Positions 1 through 8,834 are shown, counted from the stretch's first letter. The stretch: 64,000 nt of DNA from an uncultured Candidatus Binatia bacterium (GCA_964618895.1 CAZUDO010000100.1:1044-65043); one strand, 5' to 3'. Made by a program: numbers and translations. The notes: a model not told the origin generated them from the sequence alone.

Positions 1-126
1 AGGCCATATCCGGACTCATGTAGGGAGGTATGCTGTGCGTGGATCGGTCAACCATGCGTGACAAGCACTGACTGCTGTCTAGGCGATAATAACTCTTGCA
101 TCGACGGGATCTGTGTATTCTTTTAG
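1..126 (+). CDS. 3' end of a small cysteine-rich (knottin-like) peptide ORF; the start lies upstream of the window
   Basis: Frame 1 is open from nt 1 to TAG at 124-126. Translation is RPYPDSCREVCCAWIGQPCVTSTDCCLGDNNSCIDGICVFF, with 8 Cys in 41 aa. Spacing C-x6-C-x5-CC-x6-C-x4-C matches the inhibitor-cystine-knot framework. The other two frames are closed. GC here is about 50% versus about 70% for the window. Confidence 0.4.
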   Translation, partial: RPYPDSCREVCCAWIGQPCVTSTDCCLGDNNSCIDGICVFF

Positions 127-127
127 T

Positions 128-151
128 CGGGGCGCACGGGAGCCCCGGGAG
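128..151 (+). other. GC-rich hairpin just after the peptide stop codon (CGGGGC-gcacggga-GCCCCG); no T-tract follows
   Basis: 6-bp inverted repeat seen directly in the sequence. Position is consistent with an mRNA 3' end structure. Confidence 0.3.
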
Positions 152-649
152 GAGTCGGCGGCTCGCCGGCCGCCTGGGGCCCCCACCGCGTGCAAGGGTG
201 GAAGGTCTTCCAGGTGCAGCCAGACCGCGTGTTCCAGAGCGGATTCCTCCCCCGGCGGTGTCCGAATTCTCCCAAATCTTGGACAGAGAACCCGTTTTGC
301 CGCGCGCTAACCCTTGAAAATCACGACGGTCGGAAAACGGATTCGGACTTTTTGTCCGCATCCGCACGATTCGGCCACCGACATCTTCGCGGCTCGCACC
401 GTCGCGCATGTCGCCTTCCGTGCATACCAGCGACAAAAGATGACGCCGAAGGCCAGAATATCCAGCTACTTGGATGGGCCGCGGCGATGGAAGGCGACGT
501 TTTGTCGCGATCCTTGGTCAACTGCGACAGCAGCGCCGGGTCGCGCGCCGGCTTCTGACGCGCTGCGGTAGCGGGTGACGGCCCTGTTCGGGGTGCGCTC
601 CGACCGCCGACCGCCCGCGGGCCGCGAGCCGTACGCGACGAACGCGTGC

Positions 650-2284
650 CTACAACCCGTCGCACACGGCGGGGAATGATTCGCCCAGGCCGACGACGGG
701 CAGCACGGAACACGCGCTCCGATAGACCCCAGCCACCAAGCGGGCTGCCCCGGCGGCATGGCGGCCCAGGACACAGCCGATCACCTCGTCCATGGTTGTC
801 GCCGTGCCCGTACACCCGGTCTGGACATGGGACGGCGCAACACCAGTGCACTTGGTCCCGATCCATGCCTCGGCATGGCGCCAGGCGTTCGACACCCGCG
901 ACGTAGGGTTCGTCCGGTCCAGGTCGTCGGTACACGCGGCCGTCGCTGCGGCAATCGGGTTTCCCGCTGCCACGTCGGTGAGCACGCGGTCGAGGCAGCG
1001 AGTGAGCAGCCGATGCGCCCGGTCCGCAAAGCGAAGCCCGCCGGCCGCGAGCGCGGCGTGGCATCGACGGGCGTCCGCTCGGAGCGTCGGGATACAGCCT
1101 GGAAGCGCCGTGTAGACGCATCCCCGTGCCGGATCGCAGGCGTCCTGGGTGCAGGCATCATGGTCGTCGCAGTCGATCGGCGTGCCCATGCAGACACCTT
1201 CCCGGCAGGTATCGCTGACCGTGCAGGCGCTCTCATCGTCACACGGTCCTGGGAGGCAGGCCGGGCCGATGAAGTTGCCGACGGCCCGCGCCCCGGAACC
1301 TAGCGCAATCGTCGTCCATACCCCGCCCGTCTCGCCGTCGATGACCGTAACGCGGTTCTGGGTCTGGCTGATCGCATACACCTTGGATGTGGAACAACGG
1401 TCCCCGCGCGCAGCGTTCGAGACGTAGCCCAACCCACCGGTTGCGTCGGCAGCAACCGTAGCCATGACACGTCCGGCGGGAATGTCCACGATGGATACCG
1501 GGCCGAGCCCAGTGTCTGGCCCGCTCAGATACGCGCGCGTTCCTGAGGGATTCCCCACCGCAGGCCACCAGAATCCAGGGACGCTCACAAATCGGCTCCA
1601 CGTGCTAGTTGCCACGTCAAGTTCACCCAGCGTCACAGAGAACGCTCCTCCGAAGTTTGATCCCATCGTGACGAAGATACTCCCCGATCGTGAGCCGGTA
1701 AGGAAGCCGATCGGTACGATGCTGATGGTCGCAGGCGACAGTCCCGTCACGAGCGTGTCGGTCGCCGTGTCGATCACGTAGATGCCGCTCCCCGCGGACA
1801 CATAGAGCCGAGTAGCGTCAGCGCTCGCCATCATCTCCCAGGGGGTTTGCCCAGAGACTGGGATGTCGGCGGCAACAGCGTAGGTGCGGGTGTCAATGAC
1901 TTGGACGCTGCCGCCATAGCGATGGACAACACCAACATAGAGCTTCGACGTACCGCGCGGCGCCGATAGAACAAACGGCCCACCCTGAACGGGGATGGTG
2001 GCAACCACGGTGTTACTGGCCGCATCGATCACTGAAACCGAGGCCGAGTTGTAATTCCCGATGTACACCGGCGATCCGTCAGGACTGATCGCTACCCCCA
2101 TCGGAGTGACGCCCACGGGCACGTCAGCAACGATCGTGTCCGTGTTCGTGTCGATGACCGAGACGGAGTTGGTGCTGCCGATCGGGACGTAGGCGAACGG
2201 CGCAGCGGTGGCCAGACGCGCGGCCAAGAGAAGGGATCCACAGGCGAGGACAAAACCAGCGCGCATTGTCCAGGTCGTCCTCAT
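650..2284 (-). CDS. Secreted YVTN-type beta-propeller repeat protein with a C-terminal Myxococcus-type cysteine-rich repeat region
   Basis: Signal peptide MRAGFVLACGSLLLAARLATA. Repeated SxVxVIDTxTxTVVATIPVGxxP-like blades (YVTN family). C-terminus CxDDxxCTxDxCxxGxC repeats. Uniform high GC3. Confidence 0.8.
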   Translation of the reverse strand: MRTTWTMRAGFVLACGSLLLAARLATAAPFAYVPIGSTNSVSVIDTNTDTIVADVPVGVTPMGVAISPDGSPVYIGNYNSASVSVIDAASNTVVATIPVQGGPFVLSAPRGTSKLYVGVVHRYGGSVQVIDTRTYAVAADIPVSGQTPWEMMASADATRLYVSAGSGIYVIDTATDTLVTGLSPATISIVPIGFLTGSRSGSIFVTMGSNFGGAFSVTLGELDVATSTWSRFVSVPGFWWPAVGNPSGTRAYLSGPDTGLGPVSIVDIPAGRVMATVAADATGGLGYVSNAARGDRCSTSKVYAISQTQNRVTVIDGETGGVWTTIALGSGARAVGNFIGPACLPGPCDDESACTVSDTCREGVCMGTPIDCDDHDACTQDACDPARGCVYTALPGCIPTLRADARRCHAALAAGGLRFADRAHRLLTRCLDRVLTDVAAGNPIAAATAACTDDLDRTNPTSRVSNAWRHAEAWIGTKCTGVAPSHVQTGCTGTATTMDEVIGCVLGRHAAGAARLVAGVYRSACSVLPVVGLGESFPAVCDGL

Positions 2285-2307
2285 CAGGAACTCCACACCG
2301 CCGAACA

Positions 2308-3063
2308 TTACGGTACCTCGACGTGGAACGGCGGAACCAGGCCCAACACCGAGAGATCAAACTCGACCCCGACCGCCGTAGACGGGAAGACGGAGCCGAA
2401 GTACGGTGCCGGCTCGCACCTGCTCGGGAACTCGAAGCTCGCCCTCCACGCAAGCGGAGGACGCGAGCTAACAGGCCCCTCAGGTATGTACGCGAACTGA
2501 CGGCAGGGCAGTGGGCCGATGGCGCCGGTACATCCCAATGGTCCCCACGTGACACGGGGACGTTTCACGAGCTGATCCTCCCCCATCGTTGTCACGAAGA
2601 CCGGGCCGGTGCAGTCCGGGGTTTCATACCAGAATCGCGTGTCCCAGGCGGGGTCGTTCGGGGCACGGGGATCAGTTTCCACCACGCCGGCGAAATATCC
2701 TCGTCCGTTAACCGTCATAAGTACGGACGCAGTCCCCAGGCGCCGCAAAATGGTGAATGGCTCAAGATTTCCGCTCAGTCGCACATCAACCACGACGCCA
2801 ACGAAGTATCCGTCGGAGTCCCGTATTATGGCGCCGGGGCCCGTTGCCCCGTCCCGCCCGGGCGGTCCCGCAGACCCCGACTCGCCCTTTGGACCTTGCA
2901 GCCCGAGCGCCACGGGATCGACGGGCGTCTCGTTCGTCTTGCACATTTCGCGCATGCGAATCAGGCCACTGCCGGTTCGGCCGGCACAGAGTACGGCAGA
3001 ACGCGCGGGTACTGCGCTGATCACAAAGACCGCGAACACCATCAACGACAATAGGGCCTTCAT
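2308..3063 (-). CDS. Secreted protein, VLC-ETPVD family paralogue 1, with a short collagen-like stalk
   Basis: Signal peptide ending ARS. Mature N-terminus AVLCAGRTGSGLIRMREMCKTNETPVDPVALGLQGPKGESGSAGPPGRDGATGPG (8 GXY triplets). 6 Cys. C-terminus FDLSVLGLVPPFHVE shared with paralogue 2. Confidence 0.7.
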   Translation of the reverse strand: MKALLSLMVFAVFVISAVPARSAVLCAGRTGSGLIRMREMCKTNETPVDPVALGLQGPKGESGSAGPPGRDGATGPGAIIRDSDGYFVGVVVDVRLSGNLEPFTILRRLGTASVLMTVNGRGYFAGVVETDPRAPNDPAWDTRFWYETPDCTGPVFVTTMGEDQLVKRPRVTWGPLGCTGAIGPLPCRQFAYIPEGPVSSRPPLAWRASFEFPSRCEPAPYFGSVFPSTAVGVEFDLSVLGLVPPFHVEVP

Positions 3064-3091
3064 CTGCTCTCCCTCATTTTCCCTCGCGGGG

Positions 3092-3814
3092 CTACAGCCC
3101 CTCGACGTGGAAGGGCGGCACGCCGAGTGTCGATAGATCGAAGGAGATTGCCGGGGCGGTCATCGGATAGGGTGCGGACTCGGGCGTGCATCTCCTACCG
3201 TCGAGTGACCCGGACGCTCGAAGGGGCCGCGGCGATCCGGGGCCATCGGGAAGCAACGCGAAACGTCGACAGACCACCGGCCCATCGCCGGTGCATCCTC
3301 GGGGGCCCCACTCCACAGCGGGTCGTTGCACGAACCGATCCCCGTCCCCCACAACCAGGTGGGGTAGACCGGTGCAGTCGCTGTCTTCAAACCAGAGGAC
3401 AGCCTCACGCCTGTCGGTCAGATTGGTCTCTGGCTGATCCCACGGGGGTACCCATCCGAAGTAGCCTGTCCGGTCGACCGTCAACAGAACGGGCGTCGGG
3501 CCGAGTGAGCGCAGAATGGTAAATCTGTCGCCGTGCTGAGCCTCCCACGGGTTTACATCGACCACCGCACCGATGACGGCACCTTGGGAATCGCGGACGA
3601 CGACGCCAGGGCCGGGGGCCCCGGGGATTCCCGGATCGCCCTTCGGCCCTTGCAGTCCGAGCGCAACGGGATCGACGGGCGTCTCGTTCGCGCGGCACGT
3701 ATCGCGTACGCGCACCGTCCCCGAGCCCGCTGCCCGCGTGCAAAGCACCGCCGCTTGCACGGGCGCCGCTCCCAACGCGACACCGACAACAACCGCCATG
3801 ATCCGACTGCCCAT
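3092..3814 (-). CDS. Secreted protein, VLC-ETPVD family paralogue 2, with a short collagen-like stalk
   Basis: Signal peptide ending VQA. AVLCTRAAGSGTVRVRDTCRANETPVDPVALGLQGPKGDPGIPGAPGPG. Colinear with paralogue 1 throughout (FTILRxLG, CTG, CRxFA, FDLSTLGVPPFHVE). Confidence 0.7.
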   Translation of the reverse strand: MGSRIMAVVVGVALGAAPVQAAVLCTRAAGSGTVRVRDTCRANETPVDPVALGLQGPKGDPGIPGAPGPGVVVRDSQGAVIGAVVDVNPWEAQHGDRFTILRSLGPTPVLLTVDRTGYFGWVPPWDQPETNLTDRREAVLWFEDSDCTGLPHLVVGDGDRFVQRPAVEWGPRGCTGDGPVVCRRFALLPDGPGSPRPLRASGSLDGRRCTPESAPYPMTAPAISFDLSTLGVPPFHVEGL

Positions 3815-3973
3815 CCCCCTGTGCCCCCCCGGCGCCGTGCGGCAGGTCTTGCGCGCAGCACGGCCCCATTATTGTTCATCGGCGCGGTTCTCGAAGACCT
3901 TGAGGCCACGCGGGAAGTACGCTCGCCAGCGTTCGGGCCGTTGGCCCGGCCCCGGCCTCTTGCGTAGAAACAG

Positions 3974-4837
3974 ATGCGCCCGCCACGGCGGCAACCGGGC
4001 AGGCGCGGAGGATCGAGCATGGCGAAACTACGCCGCGGTAAGCACGGGGCGCAAGCCCGGCGGGGATTCCGCGTCGCCTCCTGGGTGACGGAAGCGCTGA
4101 GCGAACTGGCGAAGACGCTGAACAGCCCATCACCCGCGACGCTCTCAAGCGCGGACGTGGAAGCGATTTGGGTCGGATGGGCGGAGACGCGCTCACGTCT
4201 CAACGCGCTCGCGACCGCAGGCCGGGCGATAGGGCTCGGGAGCCCGCGCCATCGATACGCGATCGATCCCCTGCGCCGCGTTCTGCGCCGGCTTGCCTGG
4301 CGCCCTGACCAGGCGAGATCGGCAACGGGCGCGTTGCCTGGCGTCGGCGTTGTGCTCATGCCGGAGGGAACCATCCGCGTCGGCACAACGGGCCCGAGCG
4401 TGGAGGATTCCGGGCTGTGGGTTGCGGTCGAGATACTCGACTACGCGGTGAAAACGGGTCGTCCGGGAGACGTACTCCGCCGGCTCCATCGTTGCACCAT
4501 GTGCGCCACCTTCTTCTTACGTAACCGCGGCAACGTGCGGCACGAGAAGGCCTTCTGTAGCACGAAGTGCGCCGACGCCTATCACGCTCGGCCGTCCGAG
4601 CGCGACCGGCGGCGGGCGCAGGTACACGACCGAGGCCAACGGCGGACGGCGCGACGTCGGGACGCCGCTCTCGCCTTGGGATTCGACGCGCCGCCGAACC
4701 GCTGCATTGATCCAGCCCTGCGGACCCCCGCCGGACTAAGCGCACGCGTTGCCGCCCTCGTGCGCAAAGGCCTGATCCTCGAGCGGGCCCAATGGATCGC
4801 CTCGCAGGAAGCTGAACGCCTTGAGATACGTCAGTAG
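3974..4837 (+). CDS. Hypothetical protein with a C-terminal four-cysteine zinc-ribbon (CGNR-like) motif
   Basis: 287-aa ORF with motif CTMCATFFLRNRGNVRHEKAFCSTKCADAYHAR. Lies at the probable left border of the integrative element. The coding call is only moderately supported because composition is Arg-rich. Confidence 0.4.
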   Translation: MRPPRRQPGRRGGSSMAKLRRGKHGAQARRGFRVASWVTEALSELAKTLNSPSPATLSSADVEAIWVGWAETRSRLNALATAGRAIGLGSPRHRYAIDPLRRVLRRLAWRPDQARSATGALPGVGVVLMPEGTIRVGTTGPSVEDSGLWVAVEILDYAVKTGRPGDVLRRLHRCTMCATFFLRNRGNVRHEKAFCSTKCADAYHARPSERDRRRAQVHDRGQRRTARRRDAALALGFDAPPNRCIDPALRTPAGLSARVAALVRKGLILERAQWIASQEAERLEIRQ

Positions 4838-4934
4838 ATAGGTACACAACGCACGCGTCGGTGATCGTTCGTTGCGCCACCGACGCGAGCACTTCACCGC
4901 GCGCGTCTCTTCACACCCTGCTACACCGAAGGGC

Positions 4935-5120
4935 ATGACCAGGCTCCTGACGGCAGTCGAGGCGGCTGCGGTGTTGCGCGTGAGCCTTCGGACGGTACGT
5001 CGACTCATCGCGGAACGGGCGGTGCCCGTGGTGCGCGTTGGCCGGCGGACGCTCTTCCGCGGGGACGCGCTCGAGCGTTTCGCTCGGCGGTGCGAGACGG
5101 TTGACCACCATGCACGCTGA
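4935..5120 (+). CDS. AlpA/excisionase-family helix-turn-helix DNA-binding protein
   Basis: MTRLLTAVEAAAVLRVSLRTVRRLIAERAVPVVRVGRRTLFRGDALERFARR matches the short phage AlpA/Xis HTH pattern. Stop overlaps the primase start by 11 nt. Confidence 0.65.
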   Translation: MTRLLTAVEAAAVLRVSLRTVRRLIAERAVPVVRVGRRTLFRGDALERFARRCETVDHHAR

Positions 5121-7884
5121 CGCGCGAGCGGCTCGCTCTGCCGTCCACGCCCCGGGGCAAGGCCGCGCCGCCCGGTGCCCGGCGGACCGCGAGGAGGTTC
5201 GCCGTACGCTGGCTCTGCTCGTCGAGCCGGGAAGCGTCGTCGAGCTGCGCATTCCCAAGACCGCCCGCGCTGGCACCGTCTCAGGGTACTTCGCCGACCT
5301 CGAGAAGCTCACGGCGGCGGCGGCGGAGTGGAGCGGGCGAGCACCGGGGATCTACGTGACCCTGAACCCGGTGAACGCGGACCTCCTCGCCCGTGCCGCA
5401 AACCATGTGCGCGAGCGCGCGGAAGACACCACGAGCGATCAGCACATCGGCGTCCGCCGATGGCTCCCGTTCGACTTGGACGCGGTGCGGGTGGGTGGCA
5501 TCTCCTCGACGGATGACGAGCACGCCGCCGCGCTCGAGCGGTCACGCCAGGTGGTCGCGTGGCTGATCGCCCGCGGCGTCGAGCCGGCCTCCATCGTCCT
5601 CGCCGACAGTGGGAACGGCGGGCACGTGCTCGTGCGGATCGACTTGCCGAACTGCGACCAAGCCCGCCAGCTCGTCGAGCGCTGCCTTGCCGCCGCCGCC
5701 TTCGCGCTCGACGATGAAGGGCTGAAGGTCGATCAGAAGGTCGCCAACGCGGCGCGCATCTGGAAGCTCTACGGCACGCTCGCCGCGAAGGGCGACGACA
5801 TGGCGAACCGCCCCCACCGGCTTGCCCGCCTGCTCGATGTGCCCGAAACGATCGTGCCAACCCGCCGGGAGGTGCTCGAGGCGATCGCCGCGCAGGCGCC
5901 AGCCGAGCCCCCCCGCATGGCCGCGGGCCGCGAGCCGCGTACTGGCACCTTCGACCTCACCGCGTGGGTCGCGGCGCATGCCCTGCCGGTCATGCGCTGC
6001 GGCCCGTGGAAAGACGGGACCCGGTGGATCCTGAACCCCTGTCCGTTCAACTCCGAGCACACGAACGCCGCCGCGTACATCGTGCAAATGGGGCATGGGG
6101 CGATCGCGGCGGGCTGTCACCACAGCTCATGTACATGGGGCTGGGCTGAGCTTCGGGAACACTATGACCCCGAGGACGAAAGCCCCCCCGGTGCGAGCGT
6201 GGATCCGGCGATCCCGACCAGCGACGCGATGCGCGGGGCTGGCGGCGCATCCCATGCCGCCCGCCTCGTCGAGCTGACTGCCGGGGCCGAGTTGTTCCAC
6301 TCCCTTGACATGGAGGCGTTCGCGACGATTGTCGTCGATGATCACGCTGAGACCTGGCCCTTGCGCTCGCGGAACTTTCGGCTCTGGCTGCAGCGAGAAT
6401 TTCACCGGACGACCCGGTCGATTCCGAGCACGCAGGCGACTCAGGATGCGTTGGGCATCCTGACCGGCCGCGCGCTCTTCGAGGGCGAGACACGCGCCGT
6501 GTTCGTGCGCGTCGCTGGCGGCCCGGATGACATCTATCTCGACTTGGGGGACGCCAGTTGGACAGCGGTCCACGTCACGGCCGCAGGATGGGAGCTGGTC
6601 AGGAACCCGCCCGTCAAGTTCCGCCGCGCTCGAGGGATGCTGCCGCTCCCCATGCCCGTGCCGGGCGGTTCGCTCGACGCACTCGCCCGGTACGCGAATG
6701 TCTGGGACGAAACGAGCTGGCGGCTGCTGGTGGCCTGGCTGATCGCCGCCTGCCGCCCTCGGGGACCCTACCCCGTGCTCATGATCCACGGGGACGCGGG
6801 TGCAGCCAAGAGTACGCTCGCGCGGCTGCTCCGCGCGCTGATCGACCCGAGCAGCGTGCCGCTACGTGCTGAGCCGCGCGACGTGCGCGACGTGATGATC
6901 ACCGCCACCAACGCCTGGGTGATTGCGTACGACAACCTGGACCACCTGCGGCCGTGGCTTTCGAATGCGCTCTGCCGGCTCGCGACCGGCGGGGGCTTCA
7001 GCACGCGCGAGCTGTACACCGACGCGGAAGAGGTGCTCTTCGAGGCGACCCGTCCCGTCATCATCAACGGGATCGAGGAGCTGGCCACGCGGAGCGACCT
7101 GCTGGACAGAGGACTACTCCTCGACCTGCGAGAGATACCCGACGAGCGGCGGCAGCCCGAGGAAGGGTTCTGGGCTGCGTTCGAGGATGAACGTCCGCGG
7201 CTCCTTGGTGCGCTGCTGGACGCGGTGAGCACCGCGCTACGCACCCTGCCCTCGGTCCGACTAGCTCGCCTGCCCCGCCTTGCGGACTTCGCCATCTGGA
7301 CCACTGCGGCAGAAGGTGGGCTCGGGTGGGCACCGGGCAGCTTCCTCCGCGTTTACGACGGGAACCGCGGTGCGGCACACGATATCACCCTGGACGCCTC
7401 GCCGGTTGCCGGCGTCGTGCGGGAGCTACTCGAGCAGCACTCGACCTGGTGCGGGACCGCGACCAACCTACTGAGCACGCTCGCCACCTTGGCGGGCGAG
7501 AGCGTGACGAAGCAACGCGACTGGCCGCGCAACGGCAAGGGGCTCGCTGGGGTGCTGCGCCGTCTCGCGTCCACCCTCCGGGCGGTCGGCATCGGCGTTG
7601 ACTTCGAGCGCGAGCCCGGCGGCCAGCGCCGCCGCCTGATTCGCCTCGAGAAGATGATGGGTCCCTACCGTCCCGATCGTCCCGAGACGGACGAATCCGT
7701 AGGCCCGGTGCGGGACGCACGGCGGGACGCAAACGGGACGCACGGGGACGCAGACCGGGACGGAGGCGCGGGCGAGCGGACCGGACATCCCTCCCCAGAA
7801 TCAAGGGGTGGGACGCACCGGGACGGTCGGGACGCAGAGGAACCCCACTCTTCGTCCCCGTACGACGTCGAGGTGTTTGAGTGA
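5110..7884 (+). CDS. Phage/plasmid primase-helicase: N-terminal AEP primase-polymerase domain, zinc-binding CPF..H motif, C-terminal SF3 (D5/P4-type) helicase
   Basis: LPFDLD (DxD) and SGNGGHVLV (sGxGxH) Prim-Pol motifs. NPCPFNSEHTNAAAYIV zinc motif. Walker A GDAGAAKST and Walker B VIAYDNLD. ATG at 5110. Confidence 0.8.
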   Translation: MHADARAARSAVHAPGQGRAARCPADREEVRRTLALLVEPGSVVELRIPKTARAGTVSGYFADLEKLTAAAAEWSGRAPGIYVTLNPVNADLLARAANHVRERAEDTTSDQHIGVRRWLPFDLDAVRVGGISSTDDEHAAALERSRQVVAWLIARGVEPASIVLADSGNGGHVLVRIDLPNCDQARQLVERCLAAAAFALDDEGLKVDQKVANAARIWKLYGTLAAKGDDMANRPHRLARLLDVPETIVPTRREVLEAIAAQAPAEPPRMAAGREPRTGTFDLTAWVAAHALPVMRCGPWKDGTRWILNPCPFNSEHTNAAAYIVQMGHGAIAAGCHHSSCTWGWAELREHYDPEDESPPGASVDPAIPTSDAMRGAGGASHAARLVELTAGAELFHSLDMEAFATIVVDDHAETWPLRSRNFRLWLQREFHRTTRSIPSTQATQDALGILTGRALFEGETRAVFVRVAGGPDDIYLDLGDASWTAVHVTAAGWELVRNPPVKFRRARGMLPLPMPVPGGSLDALARYANVWDETSWRLLVAWLIAACRPRGPYPVLMIHGDAGAAKSTLARLLRALIDPSSVPLRAEPRDVRDVMITATNAWVIAYDNLDHLRPWLSNALCRLATGGGFSTRELYTDAEEVLFEATRPVIINGIEELATRSDLLDRGLLLDLREIPDERRQPEEGFWAAFEDERPRLLGALLDAVSTALRTLPSVRLARLPRLADFAIWTTAAEGGLGWAPGSFLRVYDGNRGAAHDITLDASPVAGVVRELLEQHSTWCGTATNLLSTLATLAGESVTKQRDWPRNGKGLAGVLRRLASTLRAVGIGVDFEREPGGQRRRLIRLEKMMGPYRPDRPETDESVGPVRDARRDANGTHGDADRDGGAGERTGHPSPESRGGTHRDGRDAEEPHSSSPYDVEVFE

Positions 7885-8267
7885 CGCCCATAGCGCTCCT
7901 CACCGATTTGATCACCCGCGGGGCGACCCTCATGGCGGACGGCAATGCCATCCAGGTTCGGGCCCCGCGCGGGGTGCTCACCGACGCCGACCGGGTTGCG
8001 CTGGTCGCCCACAAGGCGGCGCTCCTTGGCCTTCTGGCAGACCTGGGCACCCTCGAGGCCGATCGCACCGCCGAACGCCTCCGTGCCCTCTGGAGCAATC
8101 TCTCCGACACCGAGCGCCAGCGGCTCCACGCCGAGGCGGTCGCAGGCGACACCTTGGCCGGCATCATCCTCGCCGCCATCACCGTCGATTCGCAGGTCGA
8201 TCGTCACGCAACCGGTGCCGTGCCTGAGCCACGCCCCAAGCGTGCCGACGGAACGGAGGAGGCGTGA
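7881..8267 (+). CDS. Hypothetical protein (element cargo), translationally coupled to the primase (GTGA overlap)
   Basis: GTG at 7881 overlaps the primase TGA. 128 aa, MTPIALLTDLITRGATLMADGNAIQVRAPRGVLTDADRVALVAHKAALLGLL... No recognisable domain. Confidence 0.4.
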   Translation: MTPIALLTDLITRGATLMADGNAIQVRAPRGVLTDADRVALVAHKAALLGLLADLGTLEADRTAERLRALWSNLSDTERQRLHAEAVAGDTLAGIILAAITVDSQVDRHATGAVPEPRPKRADGTEEA

Positions 8268-8554
8268 TAGCCCACCCGGAACGCGCAGTCAGCCGACCGC
8301 AGTGCGGAACGCCCACGCGGACCGCAGGGGGCTCAGGCGTGGTTCTGGAACGCGGCCGTGCCTCGTCGTTCAGGCCATGCGGCGCGTTCGGCGAGGCCGG
8401 CCTGCCCAATCAGGGGGTCCACCAGCGCGCCGACATGCCCACCTGCCCCGGGGAAGACGTCCTCAGCCATACACCCGTGCACGCGAGAGGCTACTATGGA
8501 TACCGTGGGCCAGCGCGGCCTCGTCGTCCCCTGGCTCACCATGGCGGCCGACGT

Positions 8555-8799
8555 TGATGAGCCGTCGGAGCACCCCTTTGCCCGGCGGCCTAGAGGAGCG
8601 CCTTCTCGATGTTCATGAGACGGCCGCAATGCTCCGGCTCAAGCCAGCCACGCTGTATCAGTGGGCGTATGAACGCCGCATCGCCGTGGTGAAGCCCTCC
8701 GGACTACGCGGACCCCTCCGCTTCCGCCTGAGCACGCTGCTCAAGCTGATCGAGGAGTGGGAACGGCCCGCGATCCGTCCGATACCTGACCGGACTTGA
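8555..8799 (+). CDS. Excisionase-like helix-turn-helix protein
   Basis: LLDVHETAAMLRLKPATLYQWAYERRIAVVKPSGLRGPLRFRLSTLLKLIEEWE matches the AlpA/Xis-type HTH pattern. Start codon choice (ATG 8555) is uncertain. Confidence 0.55.
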
Positions 8800-8834
8800 C
8801 GAAGAGATAATGGCTGCGTTACTAGCCTGGAACA

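Noticed and set aside
3800-5000. attL direct repeat of the tRNA-Lys 3' end
   Set aside because: Only a weak 9/10 similarity (GCCGTGCGG at about 3833) was found. That is insufficient to call a boundary.
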